The notes below the pieces were generated by a model. It searched no databases. It was not told where the DNA came from and worked only from the letters and a program-made list of their open reading frames with translations. The translations under genes and the position numbers were made by a program. A DNA stretch of 63,973 bases, counting the filler, from Octopus bimaculoides (Eukaryota): NCBI RefSeq assembly GCF_001194135.2. It is 8 parts of 7 records of this genome, joined end to end, with 100 filler letters (N's around TTAATTAATTAA, not from the genome) between each part and the next. Parts side by side here need not be neighbours in the genome. Positions count along the whole stretch, not along the records: positions 13,742 to 28,022 come from NC_068988.1; positions 28,123 to 29,787 come from NC_068983.1; positions 29,888 to 31,924 come from NW_026416447.1; positions 32,025 to 53,538 come from NC_068983.1; 4 more parts are not named here. One strand, written 5' to 3'. This document shows, piece by piece, positions 24,241 through 36,590 of this stretch (positions are counted from its first letter, which is position 1; every line of letters starts with the position of its first letter).

Positions 24241-25819
24241 ATTGTTGTTTACTTTTACCTCTCTAAAATTCGTCTTTGAATATTTTCACTCCTTTTCTAC
24301 TCATCTTTGTCTTACTCTCTCCCCCCTCCCTCTCTCTCTCTTCAGTAATACACTTCTCACTATTTCTCTTTACCATTTGTGCGCTCTTTCCAACTCTTCA
24401 TTTTTACTTTTGCCTTTCTTCTACATCATATAATCTTCTTCTCTCTCTCTCTCCCCCTCTTCTTTTATTTGCACTATACAGTATCAATCCTTTTGCACAG
24501 CCTTTTCTCCTCTCTTCCAGATCTTCCACCTTTTTCTGCCTCTTTTCTTTTTCTTCTTCTTTGACACCCGGTTTTACGTTTCACATTACACACACAATGT
24601 CACGATCGATCGTTCTCTTCTTGGTTGCTCTTTAAATCCTCAACAAACAAAGCCTTCTGGCTTTCTTTCATTAACGTAATTTTCACTCTAACATGGCGAC
24701 ATCCTTCTCTTTCCGATTTCAACGCATAACATTCTCCCACTCACTCTCTCCCTTTGCCCTCATTCATTTCATTCCTGGAACCTTTCCCTTTTATTTATTC
24801 CTTCATTCTCTCCTTCATTTATCACTTTGTCGATGCAAAGATACACGCATACAAATCTCTCTCACTCTTTCTTTCAACCTCCTCTTCTCGTTTCTCAACA
24901 TATAAACGTACGCGCATACTAACACACACACATATATACAAAAACGCACAACTATATACATGCATAATTGATTATAGTTGTGTACACAAGCTCAAAATAC
25001 CCAGTGCTTTCAGTAGACTTAAGCTCACTGAATAATAGTCCTTTTGTAAAAACATACCTTAAATCCGAAACGTCAGTTCAGAGATATTCACCAAATGTCG
25101 CCACTTGGGCAAGTATCTACTGAAACACGTGAAGATTCTATTACAATCTGATTAGATGGTTCAGTATTTAACTATTTAATATGAGTAATCACAATCGGTA
25201 TTTATCCACTCGCTTTTATTATAAGGCACTACACATTTTTGTACCAAATACAATTTGTAATCCCTGCCCGTAATTCAGTCTATCATCAATATCCCCACAG
25301 CTATGGTTACCAACAACAAAGAAACAACAGCTATTATAAACAACAACTAAATATCATCAACACTGCCACACCACCATTTACCATAACAATGTTTTCTTTA
25401 TCTTCTTTTGTTTTCTCTTTTTATCTCCTCTTTGAATTACTACCCTTAGCGTGACACAAAAGATTGGTAAGAACATACTATTGTATGGATATAATACTAA
25501 ACTGACACTAGGCTCGAATCTTTGCGACATAGAAGATTAATAAAGATGATGGTAGAATAGGATAAATTTTTGTATAAAGATAATGCAAAACATTTTATAA
25601 CTTTAGCTGGATTCAGACTTTTACCCTGTCTCTTATATTAAACAATAAATGATTACTTCTCATCCAAAAAGAAAAAAAATAAACTATTTCATTAAACAGT
25701 TATAAAAGAAAATATGTTGCATCATTGAAATGATGCAGCATACTATATTTAGTAAGAAGAAAGCCAGTTTTAATTCTAGATGAGGAATTTAAATTACAAA
25801 GATGTTCTCCTCAGTTTGT

Positions 25820-26040
25820 TTTTTTATCTTTTACTTGTTTCAGTGATTAGACTGTGGCCCCGCCTTGAAGAATATTTTTGGCGGAATGTATCGACCCAGG
25901 TATGTTTTTTTTTTCTTCTTCAAACCTGGTACTTATTCTATTGGTTATTTTTGCCGAACCGCTATGTTACAGAGGCGTAAAACGCACCAACATCGGTTGT
26001 AAAGCGGTGGTAGTAGTGGTGGTGATGGACAAGCATACAT

Positions 26041-26116
<76 letters not shown>

Positions 26117-26280
26117 ATACGGTGAGCTTCTTTTAGTGTCCGTCTACCAAATTCTCTCACAGTGCTTTGGTTGTGCCGAGGCAATCATAGAAGACACTTG
26201 CTCAAGGTAACCAATCAGTGGGACCGAACCACAAACCATGTGGTTGGGAAGCAAACTTCTTACCGCATAGCTAAGCCTGC
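25820..26280 (-). mobile_element. SINE family B, full length with internal (CA)n
   Basis: On the minus strand: head gcggtaagaagtttgcttcccaaccacatggtttgtggttcggtccc, body ccttgagcaagtgtcttcta...gaatttggtagacgg, (TG)n, aacatagcggttcggcaaaaat, tail actgaaacaagtaaaagat. Confidence 0.8.
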
Positions 26281-26635
26281 ACCTGTCCTATCGATAATAA
26301 TGTTTGCCCATTGATTGACGAAAGGATTCCGCAACGCATTAGAATAATTCTACGGTATAACATACACTATATTCATCCTTACCAAATAAAATTCTTAGGG
26401 TTGAATGAAATTTAAAGGTTCATAAAATACCTGTTTATACATCAGATGTCGTAAACCTTCTTCATTTTCATCTGACCCCTTTTCATTCTTCTTTTCTTCT
26501 TTCATTTCACAAACCTTTCCGCCTCTCGTCTGTTTACCTCTTCAATCTCTTTCATTCCTCTCTCTTACAAAAAAAAAAAAAACGATTGATAAACATATTT
26601 ACACTTCTTCGTTATTTTCGCTGCTTCCCCCCTCT

Positions 26636-27022
26636 ATATTCTTCTTCTTCTTCTTCTTCTTCTTCTTCTTCTTCTTCTTCTACTTCTTTTTCCCCTCCTC
26701 CTCCTCCTCCTCATCATCATCATCTTCTTCTTTTTCTTCTTGTTCTTGTTCTTCTTCTTCTTCTTCTTCTTCTTCTTCTTTCCCCCTCCTCCTCCCCTTC
26801 ATCCTCCTCCTCCCCTTCATCCTCCTCCTCCTCCCCTTCNNNNNNNNNNNNNNNNNNNNNNNNNNNNNNNNNNNNNNNNNNNNNNNNNNNNNNNNNNNNN
26901 NNNNNNNNNNNNNNNNNNNNNNNNNNNNNNNNNNNNNNNNNNNNNNNNNNNNNNNNNNNNNNNNNNNNNNNTCCTCCTCCTCCTCCTCCTCATCTTCTTC
27001 TTCTTTCCCCCTCCTCCTCCCC

Positions 27023-27060
<38 letters not shown>

Positions 27061-27086
27061 TATCATCATCATCATCATCATCGTCG

Positions 27087-27133
<47 letters not shown>

Positions 27134-27245
27134 TTCTTCTTCTTCTTCTTCTTCTTCTCTTTTCCATCTTATTTTCCCCACCTACCTACCTACCTACCTA
27201 CCTACCTACCTACCTACCTACCTACCTACCTACCTAACTAACTAA
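26636..27245. repeat. Compound (TTC)n/(TCC)n/(TCA)n triplet and (CTAC)n repeats around a gap
   Basis: Directly visible; source of the poly-S/M/D/H ORFs. Confidence 0.95.
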
Positions 27246-27976
27246 CTAATTACCTACCTTCCATCTCTCCGTCTTATCCTTTCTTTCTAACTTCCTCTCT
27301 CTCACACACACACACTTTCTTCTCAGTTTCCTCATTTCTCTTTCTATCACCCCCCCACTCTCCACGCACGATCCTACCTTCTAAACATGTTTACAATATC
27401 TCCAAAGAATCTCTCTATCTTTCTCTCTCTCCTTCTCTTTCCTTCGCCTTCTTACCTCCACCTCTCTCACTCTACCACACACTCTATCTCCCTATATAAA
27501 AGAGCTCCATTCAATTTACACAGTTCATTATTTGACACCATTTTATTCCAACATTTTCGTCACGAAAACAATATATTTAGCAGCACCATTAAACACACCA
27601 TACCCTTCACCAAACACATCAGCACAGACTGGAGTCAAGGCGTTGTAAGTATCCAGGAGGCCAATTTTTGATAAACGTGGGGTTGGGTGGGAGACAAAGG
27701 AAAAAAAAAAAAGGTATTTTGTTGGTTTGAGTAGTGTAGGACTGTATTGTTGGTTGGTTTGGCGGCGGGTGAACTGAGATGAAAAGCTGTGTAGAACAAT
27801 TGGTAACAGCCTCTATCTCTTGATATGCTCTTTGCTTCACGTGACATCTCATCCCTTTCGTCATCATAAAACATGAATGGTGACTGCAGAAAACCATTAC
27901 GCATGCACATACACAACACAACGTACACACATAGACTAATATGTACATGCACATGCAAAAAACATGCATATGCATA

Positions 27977-28022
<46 letters not shown>

Positions 28023-28122
28023 NNNNNNNNNNNNNNNNNNNNNNNNNNNNNNNNNNNNNNNNNNNNTTAATTAATTAANNNNNNNNNNNNNNNNNNNNNN
28101 NNNNNNNNNNNNNNNNNNNNNN
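28023..28122. other. Artificial join spacer
   Basis: TTAATTAATTAA at 28067-28078 between two 44-N runs. Confidence 0.9.
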
Positions 28123-28164
<42 letters not shown>

Positions 28165-28165
<1 letters not shown>

Positions 28166-29050
28166 TACCAATGCATCCCGGCGTTGTTGTCAGGGTTGTA
28201 TGACCTATAGCTACATTGTATTATTTGTCTCTTCTTATGGGAAGAATCGGCACACTAGGAGTGTGAAACACACAACTCTTGTTTATAAACATGTTTTGCG
28301 GTTATATTGTGATGAGCAATGCTGAAATTGTTGACACAAAATACATGTAGAATGGCAGCTTAGATTAGAACGAAATCCTAACATTGCCCCCAAAATGACC
28401 GAGACTTACGGATGTAAAGACTTGGATGACGTATGGGGACATAGAGGTGTCGGTATTGCAGAAAGTATTGTAAAAGGAAAGAAAGCTGCTTCATTGAGAA
28501 AAGCACCATCTCTGAAATGTTTGTGCAGACTGCACTCTTCAACATATGTTAAGTGAAGCTAACAACGCTCCTGAACAAACTATGTTTTTCATAAGTCCAG
28601 CGTTGGTAGAATAAATATACAAGTCATCTGCACTACTAACTCAAGAGCATGCGACAAATGTTGTCCATGAGAAAAGCAGGGTATTTGTAAATTGGGACGC
28701 ACAATTTTTAAAGTTTGACCCTGGGCTTTGTTGATTGTCATAGCGAAGCTCAAACGCACTGGGAATTGTAGGCACTTGAATTGAAATGACTCATTTAAGG
28801 GAATAAAGGGCATGTGTCGAATGTATGCAATCTCTCCCCGATGGCAGCCAGCAATAATGATTGCTTATAGGACATGATTTGTCATTGTAGTTACAGTCAA
28901 TCTCGAACCATTGCATAGTCGTGGGGTGGGGGGTAAAAAATCCTCAAGAGCATGATAGACGCACTTTCCTTTAAGAACGGCTTATGAGGTTGGCAGTCTT
29001 GTAGGTTGTAGAGAGTTAAGAAATTCCACAAATCATACAAAATTGAAAAT
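28165..29050 (-). mobile_element. Helitron 3' portion: PIF1-type helicase remnant and 3' terminus
   Basis: VEFLNSLQP..., IMLLR...LCNGSRL..., FQFKCLQFPVRLSFAMTINKAQGQTL...PCFSHGQ match the Helitron helicase C-terminus. The minus strand ends ccctgacaacaacgccggg (imperfect GC hairpin) atgcattgGTAG|T, a degenerate CTAG terminus. Confidence 0.85.
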
Positions 29051-29487
29051 ATGACTAAACATGAAATCTGAAACAATTCAACATCTTAATGAATGTGATC
29101 ACATTTTTAGAACGAATCATACCATTCCTATTGAGGAGGTCAAACGCCAACAATGTGTTGGAGTATTGAATCACAAGGATCTAACTTTTTTAATCCAATC
29201 TCTTGTCGCTACATAAACTCAATTTTTTAGTGGGGAGATAACCCAGTTTTTAAATGGCAATTTTTTAATAGGGATGAGATAACCAAAAAAGTACCGTATA
29301 TCTATACGCACGTACTAAGAAACCCCAAAAATGTGCAAGCTGTAGATGTGAAAACGTTCAAAAAACACTCGGAAAAATTTCTATATGAAATGCTAGATTA
29401 ACCCACATCATGTCAGGAAGCACAATGAACAGAAGCTTCGTCCAACTCACTTCTTCACAAATACGCTACCGAAAGGAGACTCCAGAT

Positions 29488-29550
29488 CACCGATAGTGTG
29501 GTGCTCCAGCATGACCCCAACCTGTGACTGAAACCAGTAGGAGAATAAAA
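29488..29550 (+). mobile_element. SINE family B 3' tail fragment
   Basis: ggtgctccagcatgacc...gtgactgaaaccagtaggagaataaaag. Confidence 0.65.
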
Positions 29551-29564
29551 GAAAATAAGTATAC

Positions 29565-29605
<41 letters not shown>

Positions 29606-29787
29606 CACAAAAAGCAACACAGATTTTTAAGATTATTGCAGTACGCACGTTTCATGCCACTCCATTTATTTAAGTAATGCGAGCATTACATTAAATTTAA
29701 AATGCAGAGCAAGCTTCAGCTGCACAAGTATACTGAAAAATTACACAAAATTTCATTTCAGCAGAATGAACATATTATTATTGTGAC

Positions 29788-29887
29788 NNNNNNNNNNNNN
29801 NNNNNNNNNNNNNNNNNNNNNNNNNNNNNNNTTAATTAATTAANNNNNNNNNNNNNNNNNNNNNNNNNNNNNNNNNNNNNNNNNNNN
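29788..29887. other. Artificial join spacer
   Basis: TTAATTAATTAA at 29832-29843 between two 44-N runs. Confidence 0.9.
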
Positions 29888-30387
29888 GTGTCTACGCATG
29901 CGTATCCCTCAATGTGTGTCTATGTTTTGTAAGTGCAGAAGCTACACACAGAATAGAAGATAAACCTAGCCTAAATAGGAAACTGGAATGGAACACTAAC
30001 ACCCCCCCCCCAACAAACCACAACATATGACAATAAATTCCCCATAAACCTATAACAATATGAACAAAACATAATACAATACATAGATAAACAAATGGAA
30101 TTAAATACTACATACGTTAACAAAATTAAATTATATACAAAAAAAAACAAAAAGAACAAACACAAAACACAAAAAAGTAGGTACATGAACAAATAAATAA
30201 ATAAAAACAAAAATAAATGAACATGTATTAACAGAGAATATAGATAATACAGGCACTCCCCATACACATACACAAAACATAGACACACATTGAGGGATAC
30301 GCATGCGTAGACACATACAATAGGAATACAAAATACAAAATGGCTGATAGTTAGCAAGGTGGGACACATAAGAAAGAAGAAAGAAAA

Positions 30388-30432
30388 GGACCACTGATGA
30401 GGTCACAGAAATTTGACGAAAGTACTCTGGCC
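30388..30432 (+). ncRNA. Candidate minimal type I hammerhead ribozyme (palindromic stem III)
   Basis: GGACCA-CTGATGA-G-GTCA[CAGAAATT]TGAC-GAA-AGTACT-C-TGGCC: complete core, 4-bp stem II, palindromic stem III, CUC triplet, stem I CCA/TGG. One extra G after A9. Folded by hand. Confidence 0.55.
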
Positions 30433-31924
30433 GAAATAGGATTAATGTAATGTAATGTAACATAAAGCTGAAGCAAATTAACACCAAATATACAGTGCGT
30501 GTTTTTATTGGCTAAACTGGCAATATGACCATCCCCAAATACAACATCTGTTTCAACACACGATTTCACATCAAAAATCTTGCAAATCAAATATATATAN
30601 NNNNNNNNNNNNNNNNNNNNNNNNNNNNNNNNNNNNNNNNNNNNNNNNNNNNNNNNNNNNNNNNNNNNNNNNNNNNNNNNNNNNNNNNNNNNNNNNNNNN
30701 NNNNNNNNNNNNNNNNNNNNNNNNNNNNNNNNNNNNNNNNNNNNNNNNNNNNNNNNNNNNNNNNNNNNNNNNNNNNNNNNNNNNNNNNNNNNNNNNNNNN
30801 NNNNNNNNNNNNNNNNNNNNNNNNNNNNNNNNNNNNNNNNNNNNNNNNNNNNNNNNNNNNNNNNNNNNNNNNNNNNNNNNNNNNNNNNNNNNNNNNNNNN
30901 NNNNNNNNNNNNNNNNNNNNNNNNNNNNNNNNNNNNNNNNNNNNNNNNNNNNNNNNNNNNNNNNNNNNNNNNNNNNNNNNNNNNNNNNNNNNNNNNNNNN
31001 NNNNNNNNNNNNNNNNNNNNNNNNNNNNNNNNNNNNNNNNNNNNNNNNNNNNNNNNNNNNNNNNNNNNNNNNNNNNNNNNNNNNNNNNNNNNNNNNNNNN
31101 NNNNNNNNNNNNNNNNNNNNNNNNNNNNNNNNNNNNNNNNNNNNNNNNNNNNNNNNNNNNNNNNNNNNNNNNNNNNNNNNNNNNNNNNNNNNNNNNNNNN
31201 NNNNNNNNNNNNNNNNNNNNNNNNNNNNNNNNNNNNNNNNNNNNNNNNNNNNNNNNNNNNNNNNNNNNNNNNNNNNNNNNNNNNNNNNNNNNNNNNNNNN
31301 NNNNNNNNNNNNNNNNNNNNNNNNNNNNNNNNNNNNNNNNNNNNNNNNNNNNNNNNNNNNNNNNNAGATGTATATGTATACATGTATACATATATATGTA
31401 TATGTACACGTATATGTATAGATATATATGGAAATATAGATCTATATGCATACATGTATATGTATACATATGTGTAGATGTATATATAGATGTACATGTA
31501 ATATGTACACATATATACACATATATCTATGCATACAGATATCTATACATATATACACTCACACACACACACACACACACATACACACAAACGCACACAT
31601 TAGTCATGTTTTTTTTTATCCAAAACTACGTAAAAAGTACTGAATGGATCTTTATGAAATTTGGAAATTATATTCTGAAAATTCATATATTTTTGATGTT
31701 GATGAAATTTTAACCATACATATTACACACAAATAAAGTAATATTTCTAAAGTTTCTTCTTAGAAGTTACAAAGACCCCTTCATGGGGACTTCACACCCA
31801 CAATTTAGTTATTTTTCTTAAGGAAAGACGAATACAGTTGTACTATTGGAACCTATAGGGTCATCCGAACATAGCAGATGAGCATTATTTGTAATTTAAC
31901 GGTACAACAGTGTAAGACTATCCT

Positions 31925-32024
31925 NNNNNNNNNNNNNNNNNNNNNNNNNNNNNNNNNNNNNNNNNNNNTTAATTAATTAANNNNNNNNNNNNNNNNNNNN
32001 NNNNNNNNNNNNNNNNNNNNNNNN
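31925..32024. other. Artificial join spacer
   Basis: TTAATTAATTAA at 31969-31980 between two 44-N runs. Confidence 0.9.
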
Positions 32025-32086
<62 letters not shown>

Positions 32087-32869
32087 ATATAAATATTTAT
32101 CATACGGTAAGCTTTCGGTTATATAAATGTTCCTGCGAATACTCGGTTCTTCAACCGGCCTAGAATGAGACAGGTTTCTTTGAAGACATGTAATTAGCTA
32201 CTGGTCACAAAGGGTGAAGTATAAAGTGACAGGAGCTTCCAAAGGAACGAAATGAAACTGCTTAAATAAAACGTATTGATTTGTATCAGTTATTGTGTAT
32301 ATCTGCGCTTGCACATTTTGTTTGGTTTTGAGTATATGTGTGCAATTTGCAGCTGAGTTTAAAAAATAACCAATGCATATAGCGTATATCAGTTCTTTGG
32401 CAACATGTTTACATTGTGAAATGAAGACACGTAGTTAATTTGTTATAGTTGTTTTCATTTCATTGTTTATTTCCTCTCCTATATGAAATTCTTATTTACA
32501 AATATGTATTGTTTAGAGTTTGTTTATACTGACATATTTAAGTTCAGGTTGCATCTTGAAGCGAATGCAGCTATAAATTTCCTTGTGAAATTTTAAAGTG
32601 TCTAATTTGAGGTTAGCGATATCGAAGGGTACTTTGGTATAATTAGTTAGCACGTCGGTCATGGTAACAGAGGATTTGTAATTTAGTCCTGCGGGTAACT
32701 TTCGACCTTTCTTTCCATTTAATTTTTTTTTATCCAATGTATTCGCTTCAGTGATTTTTTTCTTTTCACGTATTTTTCGATGCTTCTGCATATCTATTGT
32801 GAATATATTTAGATACGGTCCAACACTTTAGGCTATGAGATTCAAGGTATTGATGTTAAAACTCCAAAA

Positions 32870-35090
32870 CAGGGATCGGCATTTTCTTTGCTTCCTCGGG
32901 CCGGATCGAGTATTAATGACGGATAGCGGACCGAAGGAAAGTCATAAAAGAATAATGATGGAAAATTACAGAAGCTAAAATTTAATCACGAGTGTTGGCT
33001 ATGCTTTAAAATAATTTGTATTAACCACAGATAAATGTAGTAATGGGAAAACATCATTTATTCAATTTAAGACATCGATGGAATCATTTGTTCAAAAATC
33101 TGTTTAAAATGTATAGCAGCCAAAAAATTAATGGGAAACTTGATGTTTTTTGTTCCTTGAAAGCTTCTCAATATTAGGCTTCAAACTTGATGCCAAGAGC
33201 ATGATATTATCAAGATGATTATCAGTTAATCTTGTTCTCAAATTGTTCTTAGTTTGCTTCAATTTGAAAACTAATTGCTCACACTGATAAATGCTTTCAA
33301 ATAAAGATGCATGATACCCTAATTTGGTATACTTCCCACTTGGAAAAAAAATATATTGCATAGAAGTCAATCAATGAAATCATCTTTAGAATGAAATTTA
33401 GATCTCAATAAGTCGTCACACTGCATATTAATCAATTCCATTTGAAAACATTCTGATACTGTTTCCACCTCCAGATCAAATGGTGTAGCAAACAATTTAA
33501 ACTGATTTCCATGCAGACGAAATTCATTTCTCAAATCCTGATTATATTCACAAATACCTCTGAATCCTGTGGTTTCCTTCCTTGAAATGATGAAAAATGC
33601 GCACAATTTTTACTTCGAAGTTGATGTTCCCACAACTGTAGATTTTTTCAAAGGCAACAATATGGTTTTACATTTCATTTATGAGTTGAGTTTTACCTTG
33701 AAGTTGTAAATTTAAGTTATTTAAATGAGTCGCAGTATCCAAAATAAATGCCAAAGTTGCAAGCCAATCAGGATCTCGAAAATGTAAACTATCAACACGT
33801 TTGCTTTCGAGAAATATCGCCACTTCTTTTCGTAAGGCAAGTACTCTAGCGTAAGGCAAGTACCATTGATCTTCGGTTAAGCCAGCGTACATCGCAGAAA
33901 TAAGTAAGTTCATCATAGTCTGCCTCAGTATCTTGCAAAAACTGTTTAATTGACGATGATTTAATCAACGAGAAAGGATCAGATTCATGGCCTTCAAACA
34001 ATATCCTTAACATTCTTAAATTTCAGACTTGGCGCACACTGTCGCTTGATGGATAACGCAATTAATTTTAACAAGTTTATGTGTGATTCAAAGGTTTTCT
34101 ATGTTCTTGCAGTAGTGCAACAAAGCCTTTTTTGTTTGTTTGTTTGTTTGTTTGTTTGTTTTTTGCCCTACCATTGCTGGGGCACCTTCAGTTGTGATGC
34201 CAATTAGCTTCGAAAAATCAAACTTAATTTCTGATATCATTTTCAGTAAAGCTTCAAAGATGTTACGGTTTCCTTCATAGGAATTAACTGAATAAATTCT
34301 TCAAAGCTCTGAAAAGTTGAAGTCACTCCTCGCACAAAGACAGCAAGTTGTGCAGTTTCACTTAAGTCTGTACACCCATCGACTGCAATTGAAAAACTTT
34401 GTAATTTTGTTATTGTTGATTAATTGATTTTTAACATCTGTTCACATTTCTTCAACCCGCTGTGTGACTGCCCTCGAAGAAAGGCTGACAGTTTCAACAT
34501 AAAACTTTTTTCTGGACAAACAATATCCAACACTGCCAATAAGCAATCTTAAAAAAAAAAAATCACCATCTGTAAAAGGTTTCCTCTTTTTAGTGATGCG
34601 TTTTGAGACCTCATAGTGGGCAATTGTATTTGCCTCATTTTCGCCTTTTTCTGTTTTAAAAAAATGACGTTTATTTTCCAAAACTAGACTTCAACCGCTC
34701 AACTTTATTTTTCCTTGCTTGTCCAGTAAATGTCCTGAAATCTTTACAATGGCGCGTCTCGTAATGTCGTCTAATATTTGCTACCTTATTCACAGCCATG
34801 TCTTCTAGACATATGAGACAAATCGGGTTCTCACTGCGATCAATGAAGAAGTAATCTAATATCCAAGTTTCTTGGAAAATTCGGCATTCAGCATCTACCT
34901 TTCTTCGTTTGCATACATGGTCATCGAAAATTTTTCCTACGAATAAAATTAAAATTTAAATTCAAAATTTTACATCTGAATAATTCTATGGCAGACTTTT
35001 TATTGTTTTCGAAAGCCTCGTCTCTCAATACAATTGTAATAATACCAGTTGGTTATGGTTAATAACTTGTATATGTGGGTGATGATGATA

Positions 35091-35122
<32 letters not shown>

Positions 35123-35828
35123 GACGGAAATAGGTAAGCGTATGGCAGCAGGGACAAAAAGAAGAAACAAATGAGACTTTAAACGATGACAATAAATGTA
35201 TTATTTGAAAAATACAATAAAGAAATAAATAAGTAAACGTCTTTTGCTGGAGAATGGGAAATGTGTAATAATATAACGGAACCCAATGAAGAATTCGGGT
35301 ACGAGAAAAAGAGTGTTTGTAACTTACTGGCGGTAGGTCGCGGAGGTAATCTGTTGTCGGTTTCACGAATCAGATATGGTGGGGTCGCCGTTGACGGAGT
35401 GAAAGCAGTACGCCGACTGAGACAATTGTCCCTTCGAGGCAGTCTTTTTATGTCCGTCGGCAGTTTCAAGTCGGCTCTCAGTTTTTTGTCTTAATTTTAC
35501 TCGGGAGTGGTAGTGATTGTTATTATTATTGTTATTATTTTTGTGTAGTGTGAGCGCAAATGATGTGCGTACGCGACGAATTTTTAATTGTGTTTTTGTT
35601 GTCAAAACGTTCATATCCGGTTGGTGCTAGACACTAAGTAAGAGTGAATCAGAAGATTTGTGGAAGAATGTAACAGCAGGCCTTTTATTGTATTCAAAAG
35701 TCTTGTCTCTCATATTACAATAAATTTAAATTTTAAATAAACAACTCGTCGGGCATCAGTTCTCGCGGGCCCGTCAAAATCCCTTCACGAGCCAATCCGC
35801 CTGCGAGCCGTAGGTTTGCCGGCACCTG
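32870..35828 (-). mobile_element. Full-length hAT DNA transposon (GTF2IRD2/SPIN-like), inactive
   Basis: Left end CAGGGATCGGCA (32870); right end TGCCGGCACCTG (to 35828, reverse complement CAGGTGCCGGCA, 9/12 match). Flanks CTCCAAAA (32862-32869) and CTCTAAAA (35829-35836) give a 7/8 8-bp TSD. Transposase pseudogene inside. Confidence 0.88.
33128..34920 (-). pseudogene. hAT transposase pseudogene (GTF2IRD2/EPM2AIP1-like family)
   Basis: KRRKVDAECRIFQETW...PICLIC...NIRRHYETRH (BED-type finger), KPFTDG, SFSIAVDGCTDLSETAQLAVFVRGV, GITTEGAPAMVG, LAFILD...HLNNLNLQLQGK, CEQL...RTRLTDNHL...HQVSH*. Multiple frameshifts and a (TTTG)n insertion near 34140. Confidence 0.92.
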
Positions 35829-36259
35829 CTCTAAAATTACTAATCTGTACCAGACATAACAAAAATATAATGATGTAGAGCGCTTCCAGATAGACTTTCA
35901 ATGTCATATTATATCTCTTCGACAACATACGAAACACCAAAAGGCCTGCTGCCGGTGATTAAGCTTCCACATATAAAGCAGATAGCATCATGAAAGTTGA
36001 AAAGCAGTTGCTTATCTGAAAGTGTTCTTTGACTGTTGACTAGAAGTACTTTTTTACAACAGGGAATTTGTACAATAATTCTACCGCAACAGAGCATCAG
36101 AAGAAAAACTAAACTTATCAGCAAGATGTCTTGCATGGCTACATTTCTAATGAGATATTGCATCTTGCATGACTACATTACTAGTGAAATAAGAATGAGA
36201 TATTAGCTCTTACTTTAACTGATAAGCAATACATAAGCTGAAAGTAACAAAATACTTGA

Positions 36260-36590
36260 TACACACAAGGGATCGCGATGTAGGTAAACCACCAAGATGC
36301 GACATCCAATGCAAATTCTGAGAAATTAACACTGAGACAGTCATCCGCATCATAAATAGTCGATCAAATATGTCATCACAGTATTACCTACTTGAGAGAA
36401 TCGGTGTTGTGGCAAAAACGAAATCCATAGAAAGCATAATTCCAAGGATATAAATATAAGAAGCAATCTTGATGTAAAGAGTATAATCATTGAAAATATT
36501 AAAGAATACAGGAGGAATGTTTCTGTCTATAAAACTCAAGCATAGCAAACTAGATATAATAATCTGGGAGTGAAGATATAATTAAGTAGA
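36260..36590 (+). mobile_element. Old RLE-type non-LTR retrotransposon remnant
   Basis: RDRDVGKPPRCDIQCKF*EINTETVIRIINSRSNMSSQYYLL resembles a decayed CCHC knuckle and YYLP.RHD segment; KLKHSKLDIIIWE resembles the K.KHNRPDI.IWD RLE motif. Confidence 0.5.

Noticed and set aside
25020-25085. GAAACGTC motif suggesting a hammerhead
   Set aside because: Upstream ctgaata lacks G8 and no stem I or II can be formed.
26586-27245. Poly-Ser/Met/His/Asp ORFs of 150-219 aa
   Set aside because: Pure triplet repeats across a gap.
31630-31700. tactgaatggatctttatgaaatttgg, reminiscent of Helentron/HINE subterminal sequence
   Set aside because: One short motif; no termini identified.
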